64,000 nt of DNA, taken from assembly GCA_002792635.1 (NCBI GenBank), contig PFOR01000027.1, positions 2,563 to 66,562 on the forward strand. The letters run 5' to 3'. The number at the start of each line of letters is the position of its first letter. The first letter of the stretch is position 1. Position numbers and translations under genes: made by a program. Positions 45,836 to 53,572 of this stretch are shown here, in pieces. Origin of the DNA: Candidatus Pacearchaeota archaeon CG_4_10_14_0_2_um_filter_35_33 (GTDB taxonomy: Archaea; Nanobdellota; Nanobdellia; Pacearchaeales; GW2011-AR1). The notes under the pieces are model-generated. The model was given only the letters and a program-made list of their open reading frames with translations, did not search any database and was not told the origin of the DNA.

Positions 45836-45855
45836 GAGGGTTCTTCGGAACCCTC
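45836..45855. other. Perfect 8-bp hairpin GAGGGTTC-TTCG-GAACCCTC in the transposase 5' leader
   Basis: Read directly. It is GC-rich in an AT-rich context. Confidence 0.6.
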
Positions 45856-45980
45856 TTACTTTAATTAGTATAACTACATAAAGTAATACTTCTATATAAA
45901 CCTTTCGGTAGTTAAGTAACCACTAACGAAGTATAACTATATTTAGTAAGATTTATATAGTTTGCTTATTAATTTATTCT

Positions 45981-46127
45981 ATGCCAGAAATAGAAATCAA
46001 AGTTAAAGGATACAAATGTAATAATTGTGGGAACGAATGGTTACCTCGTTCAAAGAAAGAGAAGCCATTAATCTGTCCTAAATGCAAATCTGCAAGATGG
46101 GATAAACCACCAAGAAAGAAAACTTAA
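45981..46127 (+). CDS. Small Zn-ribbon protein (48 aa, below the ORF-track cutoff)
   Basis: CNNC...17 aa...CPKC. TATA TTTATATA (45952-45959) lies 29 nt upstream of the ATG. Confidence 0.5.
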   Translation: MPEIEIKVKGYKCNNCGNEWLPRSKKEKPLICPKCKSARWDKPPRKKT

Positions 46128-46141
46128 TTTTTTACTTATCC

Positions 46142-46164
46142 AAGTCCCGTAGATGCAACAATGT
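46142..46164. repeat. Right terminal inverted repeat of the island
   Basis: AAGTCCCGTAGATGCAACAATG is the inverted counterpart of 38348-38369. Confidence 0.65.
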
Positions 46165-46174
46165 AAGCTAGTAG
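46165..46174. repeat. Right copy of the 10-bp direct repeat AAGCTAGTAG
   Basis: Identical to 38336-38345. Confidence 0.65.
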
Positions 46175-46255
46175 GAATATTTATAAACCCTTGATATGGA
46201 TAAGTTGTATAGTTGGGTTCGATTATGATTACCTAGCGGATAGATTATCATTAAG

Positions 46256-46963
46256 ATGGAGAACGAGATTAACGAAGCACATCAAGAAAGCAAAGAAGAT
46301 TCCGTTAGCAAGAAAAGGAAAATAGTTGTTCCTGGAGAGTTTATTGTTAAGGGTGAGGATTTCTTACCTGGTGATGGAGCTAAAAGAGAGGGAGATAATG
46401 TTATTGCAGATAGATATGGGTTGGCAGAGATTGCTGGCAGGATGATTAAGGTTATTCCTTTGTCTGGGGCTTATGTTCCGAGAAGGGGAAACGTTGTTCT
46501 TGGAAGGATTATAGATGTGTTATTTAATGGATGGCTTGTTGATGTCGATTCTGCAGGAAATGCTTTCTTGCCTATAGATGAGTCTCCAAGATTCATAAAC
46601 AGGAATGAAATGGATCAATTCTTGGCAATTGGGGATGTATTGGCTGCTAAGATATGGAGTATTAAAGGAAGGGGGATAGATTTAACATTGAAAGGAAGAG
46701 GATTAGGGAAATTAGATGGTGGATTTGTCTTTAGGATAAACCCTAGCAGGGTTCCAAGAGTTATTGGAAGAGAGGGAAGTATGATTACTCTCATCAAGGA
46801 AAAAACAGGAACTAATATTACTGTTGGACAGAATGGATGGATATGGATTAAAGGAGATAATTTGGATAATGAGATAAAGGCAAGAAATGCAATAGAGTTT
46901 GTTGCTGATAAAGTTCATGTTGATGGATTGACAGATAAAATGGAGCAATGGTTTAGTAATTAA
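46256..46963 (+). CDS. rrp4: Exosome RNA-binding subunit Rrp4 (S1 + KH)
   Basis: S1 segment RGNVVLGRIIDVLFNGWLVDV and KH segment VIGREGSMITLIKEKTG. Confidence 0.9.
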   Translation: MENEINEAHQESKEDSVSKKRKIVVPGEFIVKGEDFLPGDGAKREGDNVIADRYGLAEIAGRMIKVIPLSGAYVPRRGNVVLGRIIDVLFNGWLVDVDSAGNAFLPIDESPRFINRNEMDQFLAIGDVLAAKIWSIKGRGIDLTLKGRGLGKLDGGFVFRINPSRVPRVIGREGSMITLIKEKTGTNITVGQNGWIWIKGDNLDNEIKARNAIEFVADKVHVDGLTDKMEQWFSN

Positions 46964-46964
46964 A

Positions 46965-47660
46965 ATGAAAGTAAAACGAGCATCAGGAAGGGCATGGAAT
47001 GAGTTAAGAAAGATGAAAGCGAAAGTTGGAGTTGTGCCTAATGCAGATGGCTCGGCAATATTTGAATTTGGGGATACTGTTGCAATTGCTGCAGTTTATG
47101 GGCCAAGAAAATTACATCCGCAACACATGCAAGACCCTGCTACAGGAATATTAAGAGTTAATTATGATTTATTGAGTTTTTCAGTTGCTGATAGAAAAAG
47201 GCCGGGTCCTTCAAGAAGAAGTACAGAAATTTCAAAAGTGACTGAATGGGCGTTAGCTCCCGCAATCGATTTGGAAGCATTTCCGAATACAGTTGTTGAT
47301 GTTCAAATCTATATTATACAGGCAGATGCTGGAACAAGAACGGCTGGAATAAATGCAGCCTCTATGGCATTGGCACATGCCGGAATACCTATGAGGGATT
47401 TGATAACGAGTGTTGCAGTTGGAAAGATTGATGAACAGATAATTGTAGATGTTGATAAGGTTGAAGAGGATTATGAAGGAGGAGAAGGTGCGACTGATTT
47501 TCCTATTGCTAAATTGGCGAGGAGTGATGAATATACGTTACTGCAGTTGGATGGAAAGATTCCTCCTGAAAGATTTAAGGAAGCGTTGGATGCTGCAGAT
47601 AAAGCGTGTCAGGAAATCTATGAATTTCAAAAGAAAGCTTTGAAGGAGGTTGGAGAATGA
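46965..47660 (+). CDS. rrp41: Exosome RNase PH subunit Rrp41
   Basis: RNase PH fold with GSAIFEFGDTVAIAAVYGP and DAGTRTAGINAASMALAHAGIPM. Confidence 0.9.
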   Translation: MKVKRASGRAWNELRKMKAKVGVVPNADGSAIFEFGDTVAIAAVYGPRKLHPQHMQDPATGILRVNYDLLSFSVADRKRPGPSRRSTEISKVTEWALAPAIDLEAFPNTVVDVQIYIIQADAGTRTAGINAASMALAHAGIPMRDLITSVAVGKIDEQIIVDVDKVEEDYEGGEGATDFPIAKLARSDEYTLLQLDGKIPPERFKEALDAADKACQEIYEFQKKALKEVGE

Positions 47661-48475
47661 GCTCAATGGATACGTCAAACTTGACAAGAGAAAAGTTAAC
47701 AGCAATGTTTAATGAAGATAAGAGATTTGATGGTAGAAAATTGTTAGATATGAGGGATTTCGAAGTTGAATATGGCGTTTCAAACATGGCTGAGGGGAGT
47801 GCAAGAGTTAAAATGGGAAAGACTGAAGTTATAGTTGGTATAAAGATGGGTACTGGAGAACCCTATCCAGACTCCCAGGATGCAGGAAACCTTATGGTGT
47901 CTGGTGACTTGTTGCCGTTGGCATCTCCACGATTTGAATCCGGGCCACCAAAATTCCCTGCCATTGAATTACCAAGATTGATGGATAGAATGATAAGGGA
48001 ATCCGGAATGATTGATTTGAAAAAATTAGTAATTAAGGAAGGAGAAAAAGTCTGGACTGTCATTGTTGACATTTATCCAATAAATGACGATGGTAGTTTA
48101 ATGGATGCTGCAAGTATTGGATGTGTTGCTGCATTACATAATGCAAAGTTCCCTGGATTGACAGAAGACGATAGGGCAGATTATAAGAATAGAACTGATA
48201 AAAAATTGCCGTTATCTGGTGAGACTATGCCTGTTTCATTCACTTTTTACAAGTTGGGAGACAATTTGATTTTGAATCCAACAAGAGAGGAGGAAGAGGC
48301 ATGTGATACAAAAGTCACATTTGGAATTTCAAAGTGGAATGGCAAGTATATGGTTAATTCTTGCCAGAAGGGAGAAGAAACTGTGTTTAAGAGGGCTGAG
48401 TTGGAAAGAATCATGGAAATTCTTCCTGGGAAATACGAGGACGTAATGAAAAAGCTTAAAAGCTATATAAAATAA
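47657..48475 (+). CDS. rrp42: Exosome RNase PH-like subunit Rrp42
   Basis: RFDGRKLLDMRDFEVEYGV...EGSARVKMGKTEVIVG. 4-nt overlap with rrp41. Confidence 0.9.
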   Translation: MSSMDTSNLTREKLTAMFNEDKRFDGRKLLDMRDFEVEYGVSNMAEGSARVKMGKTEVIVGIKMGTGEPYPDSQDAGNLMVSGDLLPLASPRFESGPPKFPAIELPRLMDRMIRESGMIDLKKLVIKEGEKVWTVIVDIYPINDDGSLMDAASIGCVAALHNAKFPGLTEDDRADYKNRTDKKLPLSGETMPVSFTFYKLGDNLILNPTREEEEACDTKVTFGISKWNGKYMVNSCQKGEETVFKRAELERIMEILPGKYEDVMKKLKSYIK

Positions 48476-48483
48476 ATTCTAAT

Positions 48484-48852
48484 ATGGAACAAGAGTTTAC
48501 AAAATACGAAATTACAAGGATTCTTGGAGCTAGAGGTCTTCAGATATCTATGGGTGCTCCTTTATTAATGAAATTCTCAGAAGAAGAATTGAAAGAATTG
48601 AAGTATGATGCCTTAATGATTGCTGAAAAAGAATTTGATTCTAAAGTTCTTCCAATCAGTGTTGACAGGCCGATGCCTGAAAAGAAGTCTGACAAACTGA
48701 GAGAAGTGAAAGAGGAAAAGATGTCTGATGAGGAAATTGAGGCCAAGGAGAAAGAGGTAGAGAAAGAAATTGAGGAAAAAGCTGAAGAACTTGGGTTTGG
48801 TCCAGATGACGAGGATGAAGAGCCTAGTGAAAGCAATGAAGAGGAAAGGTAG
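48484..48852 (+). CDS. rpoK: RNA polymerase subunit Rpo6/K with an acidic C-terminal extension
   Basis: TKYEITRILGARGLQISMGAPLL is the Rpo6/omega core. About 60 extra E/D/K-rich residues follow. Confidence 0.8.
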   Translation: MEQEFTKYEITRILGARGLQISMGAPLLMKFSEEELKELKYDALMIAEKEFDSKVLPISVDRPMPEKKSDKLREVKEEKMSDEEIEAKEKEVEKEIEEKAEELGFGPDDEDEEPSESNEEER

Positions 48853-48887
48853 TCAATGTTTATTAATGAGCGTTTGTTTTTTATAGT

Positions 48888-50012
48888 ATGATAATAAAAA
48901 AAGTTAGAGCTAGAAAAATAAGAGACTCTAGGGAAGATTGGACTATTGAAGTTGAAGTTAATGGATGTAGAGCAAGTTCTCCGTCAGGAAAATCAACTGG
49001 AAAATATGAAAGTAAGCCGTATTACAAAAGTTTGGATTATTGTGTAAAATTCCTGAATAAATGGAAGGATAATGTTGAAATTAATTCCTTTTGGGATTTG
49101 AAAGAAGTTGAAAGAATTATTAGAAAAAGATTGAAAGTTAGAGATGTTAAGAAGTTTGGTGGAAATGCTTTATTTGCTTTTGAGTCTGCAATATTAAAAG
49201 CCCTTGCTAGAGCGAAGAAAAAAGAATTGTGGGAAATAATCCCCGGAAGAAAGAAAATTCCTGTTCCTGTTGGGAATGCAGTTGGTGGAGGAGTGCATAG
49301 TTCTAATTTTAAAGTACATCCTGTGTTTCAAGAATTTCTTATTATCCCGAGAGAAAAAAGTTTCAAGAAAAATTATATGGCTCTGAAAAAATTATACAAA
49401 AAAATTGGAAAGATTTTAAGGGCGAAAAAAAGAAATGATGAGGGAGCATGGCAAACCTCTTTGGATGAAATAGAGATATTGAGAGTCCTTAGAAAAAAAT
49501 TAAAAGCTGATATCGGAATTGATGTTGCCGCCTCTTCTTTTTATAAAAAAAGAGACTATAAATACAGAACTGTTTTTGTGAGCAAAAGCGAGCAAATTGA
49601 TTATATGAATAACCTTGTTGATATTTTCGGTGTAAAATATCTTGAAGACCCTGTGCAGGAGGAGGACTTTGATGGATTTTCTAAAATATCTAATAGGACA
49701 ATGGTTGTGGGAGATGATTTGATTGCAACACAAATTAATAGATTGAAGAGAGCGATAAAAGAGAATTCTGTAAATGCTATGATAATAAAACCGAATCAAA
49801 ACGGGAGTTTATTAGAAGTGAGAGATGTATTTGAAATATGCAAAAAAAATAAGATAAAGGCTGTTATATCCCATAGGTCTGGAGAAACTATGGATAATGC
49901 ATTAGCCGATTATGCTGTTGGATTCGGCGCTGATTATATTAAGACTGGAATTTATGGAGAGGTTAGACAATCAAAATTAGATCGGCTTGCTAGGATAGAG
50001 AAAGATAGATAA
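48888..50012 (+). CDS. eno: Enolase (short, divergent; 374 aa)
   Basis: SPSGKSTGKYES, VGDDLIATQ, IKPNQNGSL and SHRSGETMD are collinear with enolase signatures. It sits in the conserved rpoK-eno-rps2 position. Confidence 0.8.
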   Translation: MIIKKVRARKIRDSREDWTIEVEVNGCRASSPSGKSTGKYESKPYYKSLDYCVKFLNKWKDNVEINSFWDLKEVERIIRKRLKVRDVKKFGGNALFAFESAILKALARAKKKELWEIIPGRKKIPVPVGNAVGGGVHSSNFKVHPVFQEFLIIPREKSFKKNYMALKKLYKKIGKILRAKKRNDEGAWQTSLDEIEILRVLRKKLKADIGIDVAASSFYKKRDYKYRTVFVSKSEQIDYMNNLVDIFGVKYLEDPVQEEDFDGFSKISNRTMVVGDDLIATQINRLKRAIKENSVNAMIIKPNQNGSLLEVRDVFEICKKNKIKAVISHRSGETMDNALADYAVGFGADYIKTGIYGEVRQSKLDRLARIEKDR

Positions 50013-50050
50013 CAAGTTTTAAAAACTCATTTTTTCTGAGGATTCACAGG

Positions 50051-50860
50051 ATGGCAGAGAAAGAAACTTCTAAAAAAGCTACAAAGGCTACGAAAGCCAA
50101 AACAGCTACAGCTGAAAAGAAAACTACAATAAAAAAGAAAGTTGATAGCAAGAAAGAAGAATTATTGAAAAAAGCGAAAGCTCTTGAGGGAAAACTAAAA
50201 GAGGGAAAGAGCGATATTAAAGAGATTAAAGGAAAGGTTAGAGGAGAGGAAGAGGAGAAGGATCTTTTAGTGCCGATTGAGGATTATTTGAAAGCTTCAA
50301 CTCATTTAGGAACAAGAGTTGTGACTCCGGATATGAGGCAATATGTTTATAGAAGAAGAGCTGATGGTTTGGCTGTATTTAATACGTCATTGCAAGACGA
50401 TAAGATAAGAGAGGCTGCTGAGTATCTTGCAAAATTCTCTCCGGAGCAAATTGTTATTGCGTGTAAGAGAGAAGCGGGATGGAAAGCTGCACAAATATTT
50501 GCTGATTTGTTTGGAATGAAAGTATTCACAAAAAAATATCCTGCGGGAACATTAACAAATGTTAGATTGGACAACTTTTTTGAAAAAGATTTAATATTTA
50601 TTTGTGACCCTTGGCTAGATAAGAATATTTTAGTTGATGCTAATAAAGTTGGGATTCCGGTGTTTGGAATTTGTGACACTAACAATTTCACAAAAGGGAT
50701 TAACTTTATTTTACCTGCAAACAACAAGAGCTATAAAAGTTTGGGAATGGTATTCCATTTACTGGCTAAATTATATGCTGGGAAAAGGAAACTTGATGTT
50801 AAAATTCCTGGATTAGATGAATTCGTTGAGGGCTGGGAAACCCTTGTTGCGCCGCAATAG
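50051..50860 (+). CDS. rps2: Ribosomal protein uS2 with a K/A/T/E-rich N-terminal extension
   Basis: LLVPIEDYLKASTHLGTR core motif, preceded by about 70 low-complexity residues. Confidence 0.9.
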   Translation: MAEKETSKKATKATKAKTATAEKKTTIKKKVDSKKEELLKKAKALEGKLKEGKSDIKEIKGKVRGEEEEKDLLVPIEDYLKASTHLGTRVVTPDMRQYVYRRRADGLAVFNTSLQDDKIREAAEYLAKFSPEQIVIACKREAGWKAAQIFADLFGMKVFTKKYPAGTLTNVRLDNFFEKDLIFICDPWLDKNILVDANKVGIPVFGICDTNNFTKGINFILPANNKSYKSLGMVFHLLAKLYAGKRKLDVKIPGLDEFVEGWETLVAPQ

Positions 50861-50890
50861 TCTTATAAAATATATTTACTAATTTGATTA

Positions 50891-51355
50891 ATAGAAAAGA
50901 AAAGTTTGTCCGGTGTAGTTACTGTTGTTTTATTAATCTTAATAGCCATAATTGTAAGAGATAGCCCGGTCTTTTATTAGGCTGTCTATCATGGACATAG
51001 TAGAGGATGGTGATGGGGGGGGATTTGGAGGGTTTGTAAAATGCATCGATTTAGATTTGCAAATAAAAAGGGAAGTGAGGGAGATACAGTTGAGATTAAA
51101 GTAGAAAGAAGTCCTGGAGAATTTGGGGCTAAAATATATTATTTCAGTCTGAATTATGATTTTGAAGAATCTACTGAGGTTAGGAATATCAAAGTTTCTG
51201 GAGTTTTAGAAGGGAGCGTATGCGATTATTCTGATAGTTCATCGTGTAATGAGGCGATTAGTGATGTTGGAGAATGTTATAGAAATGATTGGGAATATCT
51301 GTATGATGATTTAAATATTAAAATATTAAATTCTGGAAAAAGTTTTATGCCATAA
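50891..51355 (+). pseudogene. Decayed pilin gene (ATA at the start position, premature TAG, frameshifts)
   Basis: (ATA)EKKSLSGVVTVVLLILIAIIVRDSPVFY* is a class III signal peptide like those of 4609 and 5132. Downstream pilin-like sequence is spread over two other frames, including ORF 51041-51355. Confidence 0.45.
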
Positions 51356-51490
51356 TATTTGTGTTGTTATTCAGGAAATAAACGAGTTGGAGTAAGGGCA
51401 GAATTTAATCTTGAACAGATAAGAGAAATCTCTGTTTAAAAAGTATGAACTAAAAATGACTTATTAAACAAAGCCAATACTCGCGAAAGC

Positions 51491-51498
51491 TTTAAATA
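51491..51498 (+). promoter_or_regulatory. Candidate rRNA operon TATA box (AAAGC TTTAAATA)
   Basis: Consensus-like BRE/TATA about 100 nt upstream of the 16S processing stem. Confidence 0.45.
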
Positions 51499-51600
51499 CT
51501 CTCAATTTTAATCCTTTATCATTAAGATGTTGACCGAGATGAGTGCCTTAATGATTACCGTCGGTAAAAATTGCCGACACCTGCAAACGTTGGGGTATGA

Positions 51601-51639
51601 GGTATGCGAAGTTATTTGATGTAATTCTTTAAGCAATTT
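51601..51639 (+). other. 5' strand of the 16S processing helix
   Basis: GGTATGCGAAGTTATTTGATGTAATTCTTTAAGCAATTT is largely complementary to 53244-53286. Confidence 0.6.
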
Positions 51640-51749
51640 CCACAGGAGGATGAGTGTATACAACTTTCTTTAGAAAAGAAAGTTCTATGAGTCAAAGAAA
51701 CTACAATAGTAGTCAAGATTATGATTAGAACTTAGATAGTTGTTAGACA

Positions 51750-53241
51750 AATCCAGTTGATCCTGCTGGCGGTTGCGGCTATCTGGTTTGCAATTAGACA
51801 TGCAAGTCTTTTTGTTTCCTGGAGAACCTTCGGGTCCTCTGACTCAAAGAACTTTGTTCTTTGAGCTTTGAAATGAAAGGCGAACTGCTCAGTAACACGT
51901 AGCTAACCTACCCTCAAGCCGAGAATACCCTCGGGAAACTGAGGCTAATACTCGATAGATGATAAAGGCTGGAATGCGTTATCGTCGAAATTTTGCGTGA
52001 GGATGGGGCTGCGGCGGATTAGGTTGTTGGCGGGGTAATGGCCCACCAAGCCGATGATCTGTATGGGTTTTTAGCGAAAGAGCCCAGAGAGGGAATCTGA
52101 GACACTATTCCCAGCCCTACGGGGTGCAGCAGTCGGGAATTTTTTGCAATGCGCGCAAGCGTGACAGAGCGAACCAGAGTGCTTTCCCGTATTGGGAAAG
52201 CTTTTGTCAGATGTAAATATTCTGACGAATAAGGACTGGGCAAGACTGGTGCCAGCCGCCGCGGTAATACCAGCGGTCCAAGTCGCAACCACATTTATTG
52301 GGTCTAAAACATCCGTAGCTTGCTATGTAAGTCCCTTGTGAAATCCGGCTTCTCAAGAGTCGAAGTGCAAGGGATACTGTATGGCTAGAGACTGGGAGAT
52401 GTAAGGAGTACGGATAGGGTAATGGTAAAATATGTTGATCCTTTCTGGACTAACGATAGCGAAGGCACCTTACAAGAACAGATCTGACAGTGAGGGATGA
52501 AGGCTAGGGGCGCAAAACGGATTAGATACCCGTGTAGTCCTAGCAGTAAACACTGCACACTAAACATTGGAACCTCTTCGGGAGGTTTCAGTGCTGCAGG
52601 GAAGCCGAAGAGTGTGCTACCTGGGAAGTATAGTCGCAAGGCTGAAACTTAAAGGAATAGGCGGGGGAGCATACATCGAGTGACGCGTACGGTTCAATCG
52701 GATTCCACACCGTGAACCTTACCAGGACCGACAGCAGAATGAAGGTCAGTCTAAAGGGCTTACCTGACACGCTGAGAGGAGTTGCATGGCCGACGTCAGC
52801 CTGTGTCGTGAGATGACCTGTTAAATCAGGTAACAGGCGAGACCCGTGTGTATATTTACTAAGTGTACAATATGCAGACTGCCGTGGTTAACACGGAGGA
52901 AGGTGCGGGCTACGTTAGGTAGTATGGCCCAAATGCCCTGGGCAACACGTGCGCGGCAATGCTGGATTCAAAGGGCTGCGACCCTGAAAGGGGAAGCCAA
53001 TCTCATAAACTCCAGCTTAGTTCAGATTGAGGGTTGTAACTCACCCTCATGACGCTGGAATTCGTAGTAATCGGGTTTAATCAGAGCCCGGTGAATAAGT
53101 CCCTGCTCCTTGCACTCACCGCCCGTCAAACGAACCGAGTTTTGCTTTGGCGAGGTCCGTCAGGAACGAACCTCAGTAAGACAAGGTAGGTTAAGTCGTC
53201 ACAAGGTAACCGTAGGGGAACCTGCGGTTGGATCACCTCCT
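51750..53241 (+). rRNA. rrs: 16S rRNA
   Basis: 5' ATCCAGTTGATCCTGCTGGCGG, GTGCCAGCCGCCGCGGTAATACC, decoding site CCGCCCGTCA, and 3' GGATCACCTCCT. Confidence 0.95.
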
Positions 53242-53243
53242 AT

Positions 53244-53286
53244 AAATTAATTTTAGAATTATGATGTGAAAATAATTTTGCATACC
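53244..53286 (+). other. 3' strand of the 16S processing helix
   Basis: Complementary to 51601-51639. Confidence 0.6.
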
Positions 53287-53299
53287 GTCAACTTCTTGA

Positions 53300-53313
53300 T
53301 AAGGTTTAAAAAC
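53300..53313 (+). promoter_or_regulatory. Promoter-like 14-mer TAAGGTTTAAAAAC inside the 16S-23S spacer, upstream of tRNA-Ala
   Basis: The TATA starts 32 nt upstream of the tRNA 5' end. The 17-mer ATAAGGTTTAAAAACCT is identical to the one upstream of RNase P RNA. Confidence 0.55.
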
Positions 53314-53336
53314 CTTTGAGAGATTATGGGTGTATT

Positions 53337-53407
53337 GGGCCCGTAGTCTAATGGTAAAATAGCTCGTTTGCACCGAGCAGTTCCGTGTTCGATTCACGGC
53401 GGGTCCA
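53337..53407 (+). tRNA. tRNA-Ala (UGC)
   Basis: 7-bp acceptor stem with G3:U70, anticodon loop TTTGCAC, and T arm CCGTG-TTCGATT-CACGG. The D stem is weak and AT-rich. CCA is not encoded. Confidence 0.8.
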
Positions 53408-53532
53408 CTTATTATAGTGGAGTCGAAATCATAAATCATTTTCACTTACGTGAGAGTTGGCGACGGACTTATCGTCGTGAATGAGGCGTGTGATTGATTT
53501 CACATGTCGTGCAGAGAATAATCAATGAAGCG

Positions 53533-53545
53533 AGTAGGCAAATCC
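53533..53545 (+). other. 5' strand of the 23S processing helix
   Basis: AGTAGGCAAATCC is perfectly complementary to 56387-56399. Confidence 0.65.
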
Positions 53546-53572
53546 ACTTAGTGTGTTCTATAGGAACAAAAC

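Larger units (their letters stand above)
38346..46164. mobile_element. 7.8-kb TIR-bounded cargo element (IS6-like ends and transposase) inserted between SBDS and rrp4
   Basis: It has TIRs plus a flanking 10-bp direct repeat, it is visibly more AT-rich than its flanks, and it contains the only transposase gene in the window. It interrupts a conserved operon. Confidence 0.6.

Noticed and set aside
44878-45887. Weak inverted repeat close to the transposase gene: 44878-44895 TTACTTTCTAATTATACC versus 45867-45887
   Set aside because: The match is only about 15 of 18 with a 2-nt indel, in very AT-rich DNA, and has no flanking direct repeat. The left arm also overlaps the promoter of the neighbouring methyltransferase. 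The much better TIR plus direct-repeat pair at 38346/46164 explains the element ends.
46211-46232. GGGTTCGATT T-loop-like motif upstream of rrp4 as a possible tRNA
   Set aside because: No acceptor, D or anticodon stems can be drawn around it.
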